64,000 nt of DNA from Camelus ferus (taxonomy: Eukaryota), in the NCBI RefSeq assembly GCF_009834535.1, contig NC_045696.1, positions 16,060,001-16,124,000 on the forward strand. The letters run 5' to 3'. Numbering within the stretch: the first letter of the stretch is position 1; the number at the start of each line of letters is the position of its first letter. Made by a program: the position numbers and the translations under genes. This document shows, in pieces, positions 49,886-62,663 of this stretch. Under the pieces are notes generated by a model that saw nothing but the letters and a program-made list of their open reading frames with translations, made no database searches and had not been told where the DNA came from.

Positions 49886-50927
49886 TATGAAGGGAAATGA
49901 GTTAAAAGACTGATTTAAAAAAAATAAAAATTGGAAAGAAAAATTTAGTGGTTCTTGTTAGCTCTAATTCCACTTTAGTTTCATCTTCTCATCTTAATCA
50001 CTGTACCTGTTATTATGTCATTATTCTGGGACATTGTTATTATTTTAACAGCTTCACGTTCTATCCGGGTTAAGAGCTATGATAGCATTAGTGACTTATT
50101 TAGGTGAAATCTTTGATTTTGTCTTTTTTCCACTGGAGATATATTTGGAGTCATTATATAATATAAGTCATTAGGAATTAAAAAACAACTTCCGAAATTT
50201 TGCTACTATACACTATGGGTGTGGTCTGTTGTCAGCAGTGTCCTCAACACACAGTGCATCCGGGGGTTCTAGGTGATAGGCCAGAAGAGGAAGCGTCACT
50301 TTATTTGCCCTGCTCTTGTCCCAGTGCGTCTCAGTGATGCATGGTGTTTAGTGAAATTAATAGGCATCTTGGTTAATACGAGCTAAGAACTGCAATTGTG
50401 TACTTGAAATTCTCTGACTTTAAAAGTAATACATGTTCATTTTACAAAGTTTAGAAAATGTGACCGCTACCAGGAAATAATAGCCGAGACCGTTTGACAT
50501 CCTTTCAGCCTATTTTGTCTGCATTTTTTTGCATATATGTTTTACTTAGTATTTTTAACAGTGTATACTCCTGTGTTTTCTACTTTGTGACCTGCCTTTT
50601 TACACCTGACATTTTTATGACACATTATTTATGAAATCAAATTTTCTTTGAAAGCTCATTTTTTAATCTAGCATTACCTCAGACACTAAAATGTATTTAT
50701 TCTTAGTTTTTGGCAGTTAGGTTGCCTTCATTTGTTTTGTTGGGGTGGTTGTTAATGATGCTGTGGTTAACATCGTGGTAGATGTATTTGCATTTGTTTG
50801 ACTTTTTTGCAAACAATTATTACCTGAAAGGCTTTACAAATCATTACAGTTGCTTTCATAAAATAGATGTGCCGTTGACTTGTATATATTAAAACATGGA
50901 GATCCTGAGTTTAAAGTAAGTATACAA

Positions 50928-51026
50928 GGGGAGGGTGTAGCTCAGTGGTAGAGTGCCTGCTTAGTGGACATGAGCTCCTGGGTTCAATCCCCAGTGCCTC
51001 CCTAATAAACAAACAAACAAACAAAC
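50928..51026 (+). mobile_element. tRNA-Ala-derived SINE (Vic-1 type), short form
   Basis: ggggagggtgTAGCTCAGTGGtagagtgcctgcttag…GGTTCAATCCccagtgcctcc + (AAAC)n tail. TSD aagtatac(a/g)a at 50918-50927 and 51027-51036. Confidence 0.93.
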
Positions 51027-54000
51027 AAGTATACGAATTCCTCTACATTCAGCTCTAATATTACTTACTGATGAGTTAAAAATCATTCATAATTTCTATT
51101 ATTTGTTAATAATAAAGGAACTTTTAAATAATTTTTTCTCTAAATTTCCAACTTGAGAAACCATCAGTTGACTATTCACAGAGAAGTAAATCCTAAGAAA
51201 AATGACTAGTAAGAGTTATAATTTATATATTTGTTGTTTGAATTTTTATTGACTACCTGCATGTGCTTGACCCTGGAGATAGGTGAAATGTGGTCTCTTT
51301 TTTAGAATTTGTAATCTAGGAGTAGAGGGATCTAGCTAAGGACTTTAAGAATACTTGGCAAGAAGTAGCATTGAGCCAAGATTTCAAGGATGAGGGGGCA
51401 AGAATGGAGATACATTTTGGGTATTTAGACAAAGATGAGCAAAGTCCTGAAGGTAGCCTTAAACGCTATGCACCATTTTCAAACGTAAGAGGTCATTGGT
51501 TCTGATAAGAGTGGCAGTTTTTAAAAAGCATCAGTATTGTCATTTATTTATAATAGATACTATTGTTATAATTTTTTCATTTAAATTTATATCTAAATAC
51601 TTATTTTCAGGTTGGCTTCAAGTATGTACCTCTTCCTTTTGTGTATCTACATGGTGACTTAACTTTTGTCTTTTGGCAACTGAGGTTAGAATTTTTGAGA
51701 GTAGGAAACATTTTTTAAGCTAGTAATTCAATCATCAAAAGATGAGTAGAAACTTGGGAATCACCTGCTGCTCTGGGTGCCATTTGTATAAAATACTGGC
51801 ACTGTTTGAGTTGTATATATGTATTAGGGCTCTCTCCAAGAGATCCTGGGATATGAAAATTTTTTTTAATTGAGATTATTATGGATTCTCCAAATAAGTT
51901 AGTTATGACCCCTATTATTTACTGTTTGCTTTCATAAAGAGCAGATAAACTCATGAAAAGCCTAGTCTGTGTTTATTTTTTATATTGCTTTTAGATAGTT
52001 TCCATATTTAGAGACAGACAGACAGACAGACAAATGCTGGCATCCAAAAAAAAAAAAAAGTCATGTGTAACTTAAAATTTCACATGGTCACATTTTCACC
52101 TACTTAATTTTTTTTTTTAAATAAAGGGCAAAATTGCCTTTAGATTTAATAACACATCAGCTACATAGTGAACGTATTTTGTTTGGAGTTTTAATTTCAC
52201 TCTCTGTATTTGGAGTTGGTGCTGTCATATCAGATCTGCTGGTCTTGAAACATTTACTTTTCTGGGCCAGCCAGTAAACAGCTGCTTCCTGGTTACCTCT
52301 GCATAATTCAGTCTTGGAAGTCATTAGCTTGCTGTTTAACCTAAATTTAATACAAAGAACCACAGTGTTTCCACCTAATCTCAAGCTATGTCTTTTGTCG
52401 TGGAATTTCCTGTTTTCTGATGTGAATGATTAAACATGATTATGGTAGGGAATCAAGAAATAAATTGACTTTCATCAGAGTTCTCTTTTTACTCTGGTAA
52501 CTTCTTTTTTAGATGATGTATTGCTTGCCATCACTTCCTACCTCCAACGGAGGAAGGAAATTGATTTTTTCCTATGTGTTTAGAGCTCAATTCTCATCAT
52601 ATTATTTCCTAAAACAAATAACACACTTGAGACGTTTTCTTGATTTTTGTTTACCTGCTCTAGCCGGTAAATAACTTTCCAAAGGGCTATGGTAGAAAAT
52701 ATAACTTGTGAATGACAGCTATACCAGACTTTTCTGGATTTAGGGCAAGATGTTTTATGCCACATGAATAATTGTAACTAGATAAAGAATATGAAATGTA
52801 AGAAAAACTTTAGAGTGATACAGACAACCATTATTATGGTTCTTAGGACAGGAAAGTGGCTTAAACCCAACATAAAAAAAAAATGGAATTCAATGAATTA
52901 AATTAGACTCTTACCACAAAACCCTAGTATTCATTATATTTTACTTAGTAAACTACATTTTAAAAGTTATGTAAATGATATGTAAAATATATTAGACATA
53001 GACTTAATGCCATCACCAATGACAGGAAATTTTTGATGTACTTCTTTCTTAGGAAAAGAGATGAGAAATGTTTTTTTGTGGGCTTAAAGAATTTTAGCTT
53101 TATATTGTGATTTAGGTACAGCATATCTTTGTAGTATCTCCAAATAGTGCCCATTAATGTATAAGTGTATTTATTATGAGAAGAGCTAATTAAATCAAAC
53201 ATATTGAAGAGAAATTTGGGGAAATAATTTTTCTCAGGTATTTTAATATAAACTATAGATATACAATGTAAATATAAAAGTAATTTGATATTTGTAGGTC
53301 ATGAAAGAATTGACCAAAAAGCCCTGAGGCAAAAAAGTATGCACAGTAAAAGCATCATGAATGTCAGAAATGACATGAAGATGACAGCAGATATGAAGGC
53401 TAGATGTATTTCAACTTCAGTATCAAAGGATGTTATGAAATGTTTGAATTTTAGTACTTGGCACAGCCAGCGCTCTCTGTTTGTTTTGCTGTAGAGTCTA
53501 AGGATAAATTCTGTTATCTTTCTTTTTTATCACAGGAGTCACTTCATTACACTTTCCCTCTCTTCCAGATCCCTTGATAAATTTCAGTTCTTGCTGGTGA
53601 TGTAGGTGTGTCCCAGGAGTCCTTTTTTTTTTTTTTTTTTTTTTCTCCCCTCCTATCAAGGAGTCTCAGGCTTTAGCTTTGAAACCTGATGGTGAAGGGA
53701 CGTCCCAAGGCAACAGCTGTGCAGCAGGCTGGAGAGCAGTCAGTCCAGATTGGAGGAGAACGGGGAGGCTCCCAGGAGGGAGGTCTCCAGAAAAAATTAG
53801 CGCTGGTTCCTTACTGGTGGACCTGCCTGTACTTAGAGTGGTTACAGAATTCTGTTGCAGAGTTCAGGAAAGAAGGACCGATGAGTGCCTGGAAAATGAA
53901 GAAAATGTGAAAATGGGGTGATTGTTAACTTTAGAAAAAGCAAAAGCAAAAATTAAATACAAACAGTTGTAAGATGAAAAGAAAGACTGCACCATTGCCC

Positions 54001-55354
54001 AGGTCAGAGCAGCACTGAGCCAGTCACAGCGCAGGTGATATATACATGATGGAACTACTGGAAAGGTGAGGGGGCGGGGCGGACTCACCTTCACAGTAAG
54101 AACCGAAAGTGGAAAAATCAAGAAAATAGCTATTTAAGTACAGAGTTTAGAAATATGGTGGTGTGTAGCAGAGAGACGACTAATGAGTGATTTTTATCAC
54201 TTCTTTCTGCTACAGGGAAATTTATCAAGTAGGTCTACGGCAGGATGAAGTTGAGTTTAGGCTTCCGGGCATTTTTTTAAATCCAGAAAATTTCTTTGAG
54301 ATTACAAGTTGTAAGTGAAACTACTGTTAGAGGTGTCTGTATTTAGCTAACTTTGAGCTGGAGAAAGCTGAACTGCAGATTCACAGCTGAGCTTGTGTCT
54401 TGTGTATCAGCTGTACAGGATGTTTGCTTCACCGTGGGTATACTGTGTAACTACACATATATACAATTACCTCTATACCCACTTCATAGAATTCAGGGCA
54501 GAATTTCTCTGTTTTCAATGTTGTAGCGGTTTGTCGTTATGATCATTTTTACTAGAGAAACATGCTGATCTTCTCTGCTAATCTAGTGACAGGTATTTGT
54601 TTAGGGCCTCAAACTCAAAATAATCAAAACTAGACTCCTTTTTCCCTGGAAGTTCTCTCCTAACCACAAATCTGTTGAAATCTCCAATCGTAATTAATAA
54701 TCCACTTTATGGCCAGAGGGTATGCACTTTCTCTGTAAGATGAAGGGTCGCTGTAAGAATACGAGATAAGGCCGGAGCATTCAGTAGAAGTTTCTTAAAG
54801 GAGGGTGAGGCCTGGTATGAAGTCTAAGGTGTATGTAGAGAAAATGAAGAGCTTGAATGAGAAAACATGTTCCAGGGACAGTCGTTTGTGTTAGTAGTAC
54901 CAGTACCTGATGTTGTTTGGAATAGTGTAGAAATCACATTTTTTTATTTGCGTAAACAGTATATTCGTTTGTTTCTTTTATGTGGTGGGAAAAACTATCT
55001 GAACAGTCTGGGAAAAAATCTGAACAGTCAATGCAGTTTTAATCCTTTAATTATGTCAATTCTTCTAATAGATGGTACCGTTGGATTAGAGAAAAAACTC
55101 CTCGTACTTTGGAGTAATATTTCCATAAACTGTAGTAGTAACCTGGCAGTAGAGCACCTCAGCACCTTCTGATTTTAAATATCAAACCCATTAAGAGGGT
55201 AATAGGTTGGGAGAAAATTTGACAATCAGGGGATTTGAGGGTCTAATGAGGGGAAAGAATAATCATAGAGCTGTATTGAGAATGACCAGTACATGGTGCT
55301 GAAGACTACGACAGCTTTTCTGCAATGCCTGTAAATCTGTAAATAATTGTTTTT

Positions 55355-55479
55355 TATCTGAAATGTAAGCACTATGAAAACTGGGACTTTTGTTTCATTC
55401 GCTAAAATATATTCCTAGAGCTTTAAGCATGTCATGGCACATAGTAGGTACTTAATAAGTGCATGTTGAATGAGTGAAT
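55355..55479 (+). mobile_element. L2 3' end
   Basis: aatgtaagcactatgaa…tggcacatagtaggtacttaataagt…tgttgaatgagtgaat. Confidence 0.85.
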
Positions 55480-55775
55480 TGAGGAGTTCAGCTGAATCTT
55501 GTAAAAGGAAGGAAAACTAAAAGAAGGAATAGGGTAAACAGTAGGAAGGCAAAGGGCATAAAGCAGCAATTTCACATGCCTAAAGGGACCTCTGAGATGA
55601 CAGAAATAAATGTTGTTTACTTACGCCAGAAGTGATCAACAGAGGAAGGGCAGGTTTATTCAACAACCAAGAAATAACATAAGGATCTCAGATTAGGGAA
55701 GAAACTAAGGGTTTTTGGATCTGGATAAAAGAACATTAAATTCTTATCTCTAGGAAATAGGGTCTAACCTACACA

Positions 55776-56230
55776 TGTCTAGTTTAAAGCCAGAGTGGAA
55801 ATTAATAAAGAGAACCTCATTTAAAGTAGAGTCAGGCGTCCCTGAAGTGGGAGCCCTCACGCACACACCACTCATCGCAGCTTTACATTTCTAATTAGGA
55901 AGATCTCTACTTTGCTACCCATGCAGGAGGAGGGAAGGTTTTCTCTTTGCCCAACAACAAGCTCAGCCAATGGAAAACTCCGCAACTCAGCCAATGAGAA
56001 GCTGCCACCACCCTGAACTCTCCCTTTCCCTCCAGTGTACTTTCATTCAAACCAGCCCCTCCCAGCTTTCTCCTTTTTCTCTATAAAGTAACATTCCTTT
56101 CCTTCATTTGCTGGGCTGGCCTGTGATTTTTGCTATAACTCAGTTGTCCCGAAATGCAGTTCCTCTGCAACTCCTGAATAAACTCATTTTGCTGGTAAAA
56201 TAACTGGCTGTTTTATTTTAAAGATTGACA
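55776..56230 (+). mobile_element. ERV1-like solo LTR
   Basis: TGTC…GACA ends. Two ctcagCCAATg boxes (55962, 55986), TATAAA at 56082 and AATAAA at 56177, in U3-R-U5 order. The 5' boundary is uncertain because no clean TSD was seen. Confidence 0.8.
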
Positions 56231-57199
56231 CCATTGTTACCAGAGGCATCTATATTCAGAAATAAAACATACCATGAAATTAGTTTATGACAGTTTCATT
56301 ATCTTTAGCTTTTAATTCTAATGGTAAAGGATTGTTTTAACAGAGACCCATTTCTGAATATCATTTGTAATGGTAATAGAGTCTAAAAACTTATTTGGAT
56401 TCTTATGTTGTACCTTGTTAGGATAATATATTAATTAACTCCTAACCATTAGTTCCTGTCATCTGTAAATGCCTTTATTAAATGATGAGGTGAATGTGGT
56501 GCTTAGTAGGTTCTTGATGTGTGGATGTTAATTACTCGCCTTCTAGAGGTTTAAATCTTCTTAGGACATTAAAATGTGGGCCATCCTATTGACTTATTGA
56601 TTAAGGGTACCTGTATTTTCAAGAACGTTACCCAGCTGGCATCCCCTAAACCTTCCTCTTCAGTCTTAACTACACCTCTGGAATCTGGTACAACCTGGTG
56701 GATTTGTTTGTTTTGTTTTTCTAAGAAAATTTTAAAGTTTCGCCTGTCACCGAAGATCTCTGTTGTATGTTATCTTCAGCAGCTCCAGGCTGCTGGATCT
56801 CTATGAGTTGGCCATGCAACTCCTTCCTCTTGTTTATCAAAAACTTAGAATGAATTGTCAGTTAGTCTTATGATATTCTGTGTTCTCTAAACATATTTAA
56901 TACAGTAGGCTTATGTTCAGTATGCCAGGAAGTTATCCTGTGTTTTGCCATTTAAATAGTATTACCTTATTTTTCCTTTTCTACTTTTTGTTCTCATGTT
57001 AAGGTTTTAGTAAAAATTCTCATCTGAGTCCTGGGTACCTGCACACGTATTTCCTTCAGTAGATTCTTTAACTTCATTGCATCTGATCTTTGACTTCAGA
57101 AGGACCTTTGGTCAGTAGACCCTTCATTTCATTTCATATGTCGGCAGTTTTTAGGCTTCTCAGATTTCCCTGTGGATCAGAGACCCCTGGGTCCTCATG

Positions 57200-57700
57200 T
57201 CAATCACTGAACCCCGTAGCTTTAACTTTGACCCCTGCCCTCCCATTCACAGCTGTGCTTCTTGACATGCTCGTCAGCCGGTCCTGTTTTATCTTGACAG
57301 CCTCCACCTCCCTCCCGTCAGCTGTCATCGGGCATCCATCCCCTCACTGCCACTTGAATGAACACTGCTTTGTCCTCCTTAACCTCTCAGTGGTCCCTCA
57401 CCCTGTTGATCACTGCCTTCTCCCCGCACCACTAGGATGCTCCGCCCTTTGTTTTTCTCTCTGCTGCCCCCCCTTCTTCTCCTGGCTTATTTATGTGCAG
57501 CCTTCTCACTACTGGTGTTTTATAGGCGTCCTCCTGGGTCGTTGGCTTCCTCACAATACACATACTCGGAAGCCTCATCAGTGCATTAGTTTCCCAAAGG
57601 CCTGACCTGATGAATCCTGAGGGACTAGTCCCGGTCTCCAAGTACTTACTGGTCATCAGACTTGATATGACTCACAGAGTCTTGATAATTAGTCTTGTCC
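57200..57700 (+). mobile_element. Degraded L2 ORF2 (RT-region) fragment
   Basis: ccttaacctctcag…ctgttgatcactgccttctc…gtcctcctgggtc motifs typical of L2. Confidence 0.65.
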
Positions 57701-60571
57701 CTGCAGGGTCAGAGCGCTCAGGCTACTGCAAATAGTGCACACTATTGGCTTTTAGCTTTCATGGCCATTTTATCAAAGATATATGCCAGTTTTCCTTACC
57801 AAGAAATGGTGAATTGGGACTTCTCAGGTTAAATACGGAACACGCGAGCATAAGTTGCACCTATTCCATTTTTCCCTGTTGGTTTATTGTACCATTTGGG
57901 ATAGGATTTTTTTCAGCGTTTATTAACATCTCTTGGACTCATGATTTCACGTGAAGGAATTAATTGGATTTGAATGAGTTTAATGTAGAAATCCTGCTAT
58001 GGATGCAAAAATACACCTCATGCTGGGCTGTCACCATCATCAAGGACTTTTGTTGTTGTTTTGTTTTATTTTGCTTTCTCTGTGGGTTAATGACAACTAG
58101 CATGCAAGAATACAGTGAATCAAACTTAAGTCCCTAGGAGATATTCATGTATTCATTTTTCACATTTTTTTTTAAATGAAGATACACAGGCATAATCCTC
58201 TCTTAAAATTTGACATCAAAAAAGACTTTTAGATATTTCAAATATAAATTTCTAACAAATATATCTTTATATAGATGTGATCTCAGTGTTGGAATTAGCA
58301 TCTTGCACTGTGAGGAGATCTTTCCTTTGTACTGAGGTTTATAACTGGGAAGACGAAAATTAGATCATCTGGCAGCAAAACATAGAAAACTGCCCTAATG
58401 TAGGAATGCCAATGAAACCGCTGCCTAAGTGGCTTGAGAATGATAAGATGGTCTTACCGAGTGCTCAGAAGTGCAAGAAAACACCCAGACTTATTACTTA
58501 CTGTTACAGTTGGCATATGTCCCTTTGCACGTGAGAACTCTCATCAAAGATGTCTTCTGTACTTCCTTGGTATGCAGTTGGCTTTTCAATACATCAGTCC
58601 TGTCTTCCCGAAGAGATGTCCTTCTATATAGGTGGTCTTTGAAATACGCATTTGTTAAGGATTTATATAAATAGCCAACTCCTCTGTTACAGAAATTTAA
58701 AAGCTAAGGCTTTGAGATAGCTGGACAGTTTGAACACCAATTGAAAATGAAACACCACGAGTTACCATGGAAGGCCTGAGTGGGAAGCCTGTCAGGGCAG
58801 GAGAGGGAACTGATCTTACGCCTCTTTTGACTGGGAGAAAGGCGGACATGCCTGCCTTGTGTACTGGTGACCTTTAGCAGACACTACATTAAACCATTAA
58901 ATGGGTCACCTTAAGCTTACGTAATGTAGATCGTGTGGCTTATTAGTCTAATTGCATTGTTAGAAAGTCTGCTTTGGGCCAGAAAATAGCAAATCACACC
59001 TTTCTTAGACAATTCTAATAACCAGATAGTCTTAGCCAAAAATCAAAAGTCTTTCCTCAGGATTTTCCCCAAATCACAGCATTTCTATGTTAAAAAACTG
59101 GGACTCTAAGTATAATTTTTCCTTTAATCTGCATTTTAGTCATGTTTATAATTTTAAGTGAAAGGCAGAACCTGTATTATTTGGAATGAGGGATACCCTA
59201 GAACTACCTCTGTATTTGAAAGTCATAATCATCCATGATTTCTTCATTTATAAATGTTAAATCTAAAATGATAGATTTGCCTTTTTCAAACACTTTTGTG
59301 TGCCTTCTCTGTGCAAGCAGGACCTTCCTTTGAAAAACTAGTTAAGATGTAGTTTGATTTAAAGGCTGAGTTTCTGCGTGCCTGGAATTCTTGCTCTTCA
59401 AAATATTTGCTCCCTGGAGACTTTGACTGGATGGAGTTGTCATGTGACTTCGGACCATTGACCCGGAAGACGTTTGGGTAATGGAATGGGCTTTGGCAGA
59501 ATTCCACTGCTTTCTGGTCGAGCGGAGCCAAGGAAGAAGGGCAGGGCTGGCCCTGTTTAGACGGAAAAAAACTAGTCTGAAGACGTTTGAAGCCTGGCTG
59601 CACCTTCATTTGATGCATTTGCTTTACTGCCTAAGAGAATTTTAAAGTGCAGCATCTGTAAGTGGGCTGTAACTTGTATTGATGCATATTTAAATGATTT
59701 TGCATCTAAACAAGTGCATTCACTCTCTGCCTGGTGTGTAAAATTTGAATGATGCCTGTACTCTCTTGGAAAGGAACAGACGTTTTCATTACAAAATTCA
59801 GTCAAGCAGAAAAGTAGCAAAGTGAGCAGAAATTTTCATTTACATCCATGATTGAAGTTGCAGTGATAAAAGAAAATTGCTAGGTTCGAGAATAACCTTG
59901 TTCGCATTCTGTTATACGACATGGGATTTTGTCAATACGGAAATAGCTTTTAATACTTGTGTTATTGAGGAAGGCTCTGATCAATAGATTCAAATTGTGC
60001 ATATATCTTAACTGATCTTAGATTTTTCTAGGGTTTTTTGAGTGTCTTTAAACAGATTCCACTATTCCTGTTACTATCCTGTCCATTATTTATTTGTTAA
60101 AATGTGAGCTTTGTATTCTGTTACCACAGAGATTTGCAGTCATTTCTGTGCTTTTCTTGTGAGTGTCCAGAGGTGTAGACAGGTTAACTCAGTTGGTCTA
60201 AACCTAGAAGCCATCATAAGGCACTGGGTTAGAGAAGTAGGATTAGAATTTTCCGGAGAGAATCCTCTGCTAAGTAGTTTGTGATACACCTTTTGGTACA
60301 TATATAAGCTTTAATGTAGTAATTTCCAGCCTCAAACCCTCTTCCTTAGAAGTCTAGAAATTCAATTATCTGATTTCTCTCAGGAGCAGTAAGCCCTGGC
60401 AAATCAATTTACAGTAATGAAGCTAAGCCTTATTTACAAATCCAACTGGCAGTTTCTAAGTCCACAGTGGAGTGGTAACAGAGGGAGAAAGTCTAATTTA
60501 GCCAGATCATCCCCACTGAAAAGACCATGTGATTTTTGAAACATGACTCAAAGTGGAACTGGGTAATTTCT

Positions 60572-60971
60572 TTTTTTTTTTTTCTTTTTTTTTCAGTTGA
60601 AATATAGTTGATTTACAATGTTGTGTTAGTTTTTGATGCAGCATAGTGGTTCAGTTACACACACATATATATATATATACTTTTTCATTTTGGATTATTA
60701 CAAGTGATTGAGTATAGTTCCCTGTGCAGTAGAGTAGGACCTTGGTGTTTATCTATTCTGTGTATATATAGCAGTTTGTGTATGCTAATTCTAAACTCCT
60801 AATTTATCCATCCCCCCTTTCCCCTTTGGTAACCATAGTTTGTTTTCTGTGTCTGTGAATCTATTTCCAGTTTGTAAGTTAGTTCATTTGTATCATTTTT
60901 TTTAAGATTGCACATATAAGGCATATTATATGATACTTGTCTTTCTATGCCTTAGTTCACATAGTTCGACA
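60572..60971 (-). mobile_element. 5'-truncated L1 3' end
   Basis: Poly(T), tatagttgatttacaatgttgtgttag, tagttccctgtgc, cccctttggtaaccatag. 17-bp TSD gga(a/c)ctgggtaatttct at 60555-60571 and 60972-60988. Confidence 0.93.
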
Positions 60972-62604
60972 GGACCTGGGTAATTTCTAAAACTTTTTTC
61001 CGAAGAGTTTGATGAATCTTATCTACTCGTATTTTTTATTCTGTTAGATAATGTGTCCCTCTTTCCCTGATAGTGTTTCGGGCACAGTGGCAGAACTCTA
61101 ATTCTTTTTTCTATGTTTCAACAAAGCCTTGGGAATTTAGAGCAGTGTCCTAATGCCAGTAAAAGGTTGTGCTGATTCCAAATCCCATTTCCTAGGTATT
61201 TCCTGGCTAGCTCTTTTGTTAAATGCTGTGATATCTTTTGTTCTGCGTCATTCCCTCTTTATCTACTTCCTTTTGCCGTAAATAGTTTTGCATCTTTTAG
61301 GATACAATTTTTTTTTCTAGGAAGTTTTGAATTAGAAAATCCCTGAAAAACAGAGCAATATTTATTCCTCTGATTGTTAGGAGACAACTCCCTTGTCTCT
61401 TAAAGCTAGACATCTCACGTCTGGGCTATCCACAAGAGAATCCAGGAGGGACATTTAATAAGCTCTTAAGATGCACGATGTGGCAGTTGGTGTCAGGGGT
61501 CTCCCATTTAGGAGAGAGGTGGAACAGAGGTGGAACAACCGAGTCTGGGCATCAGGAACACATAGTAGAAGCTGGTTATAAGCAAAGATGGTGAGTGTAC
61601 GTGTTGATGGTCCTCGGCCAGACGTGCCAGGAAGTGGAATGGAGGCATTGAAACTCCTCTGCTAACCTTAATGAGTGATGCAGAGACCAGGGACATGGGG
61701 TCATGATGAGTAGCTGTAGTAGATGAAAAGCAGAGGGGAGACCTAGATGGATAATTCTTTTTTTTAACTCAGGAAATGGTTCACTGGAGTTCAGAATTTT
61801 GGAACACTTCTACATGGGACATAATCTGAGATCCACCCTCAGGAATATGGATAGTTTGAGTGGAGTAGAGGAAGAGCCCATGGGGATAGGGACACGAATC
61901 AGTGATAAATATTTATGAGCAAAATAGAAGCATAGTATAGTGGGAACGGAGACCTGAGTTTAGCAACCAAGTAAGTTTGTTCCGCAGGCACCACCATTTT
62001 CGACTTCCTCAAAATGCTGAGTGCTGTGGTGGTGTGACGCACAGTCTGAGACATCCCCCGAGCCTTCCCCAGAAAGCAGGGGAAAGGGAGAGGAGCAGAT
62101 GTCAGTGGGGGTAGGAACCCAGATGAAGACGAAGAGATAGAGCAAGCATAATAGCTACCCCAGGGGGTGCGCCCCCCCCCCCTCGGCTGGTCCAGGTCAA
62201 CAAAGTGGATGAGGCCATCCAGTGTGTTAGGAGCTGGTGTGGTCCGAACGATACACCTCCTGAGCAAATGCCCTCCATGGAGGGAGAGTCATCCCCAGAC
62301 TGCAAAGCCAGCGAATCATGAGAAAAACCAAAAAAAAAAAAAAAAAAAAAAATGATCATAAGTAATGAGACTGAGGAGATATATAACGAGAACTTTAAAA
62401 CTGCAAAGATTAATTTAAAGACTGTAAAAGGCAGGAAGCTAGAAGACCTGAGCAACGTCTCAAATGTTAGGACAGTCTATTAGTTGAGGAAGAACATGGC
62501 CTTGAGCATGGTGCTTCCTGAGGATTCAGAGGACTCTGAGTTGGAAGGGAAGGTTGATGGAATGTGTGAGATGACGAAGTGTCTCCTTGAAGAAGTTAGC
62601 CCAC

Positions 62605-62663
62605 AGAAGTCTGACATCTTCCAAAGAAGATGTCGTCTTCCAAAGAAGTCTGACATCTTCCAA
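62605..62663. repeat. Three-unit ~20-bp tandem repeat
   Basis: agaagtctgacatcttccaa / agaagatgtcgtcttccaa / agaagtctgacatcttccaa. Confidence 0.92.

Noticed and set aside
50928..51001. tRNA-Ala gene (also the copy at 11345)
   Set aside because: Anticodon arm is disrupted, and a simple-repeat tail and TSDs mark both as SINEs.
57090..57605. Longest ORF in the track (171 aa)
   Set aside because: Non-ATG start, and it lies over a C/T-rich decayed L2 that is naturally poor in stops. No recognisable protein.
61517..61537. Short tandem duplication gaggtggaaca x2 (similar ones near 26320, 39020 and 55000)
   Set aside because: Ordinary replication-slippage duplications with no further structure.
61900..62352. 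GC-richer stretch ending in poly(A) as a processed pseudogene
   Set aside because: No poly(A) signal before the A-tract, no convincing TSD and no recognisable ORF.
62605..62663. CRISPR-like repeat array
   Set aside because: Adjacent tandem units with no unique spacers, in eukaryotic context with no cas genes.
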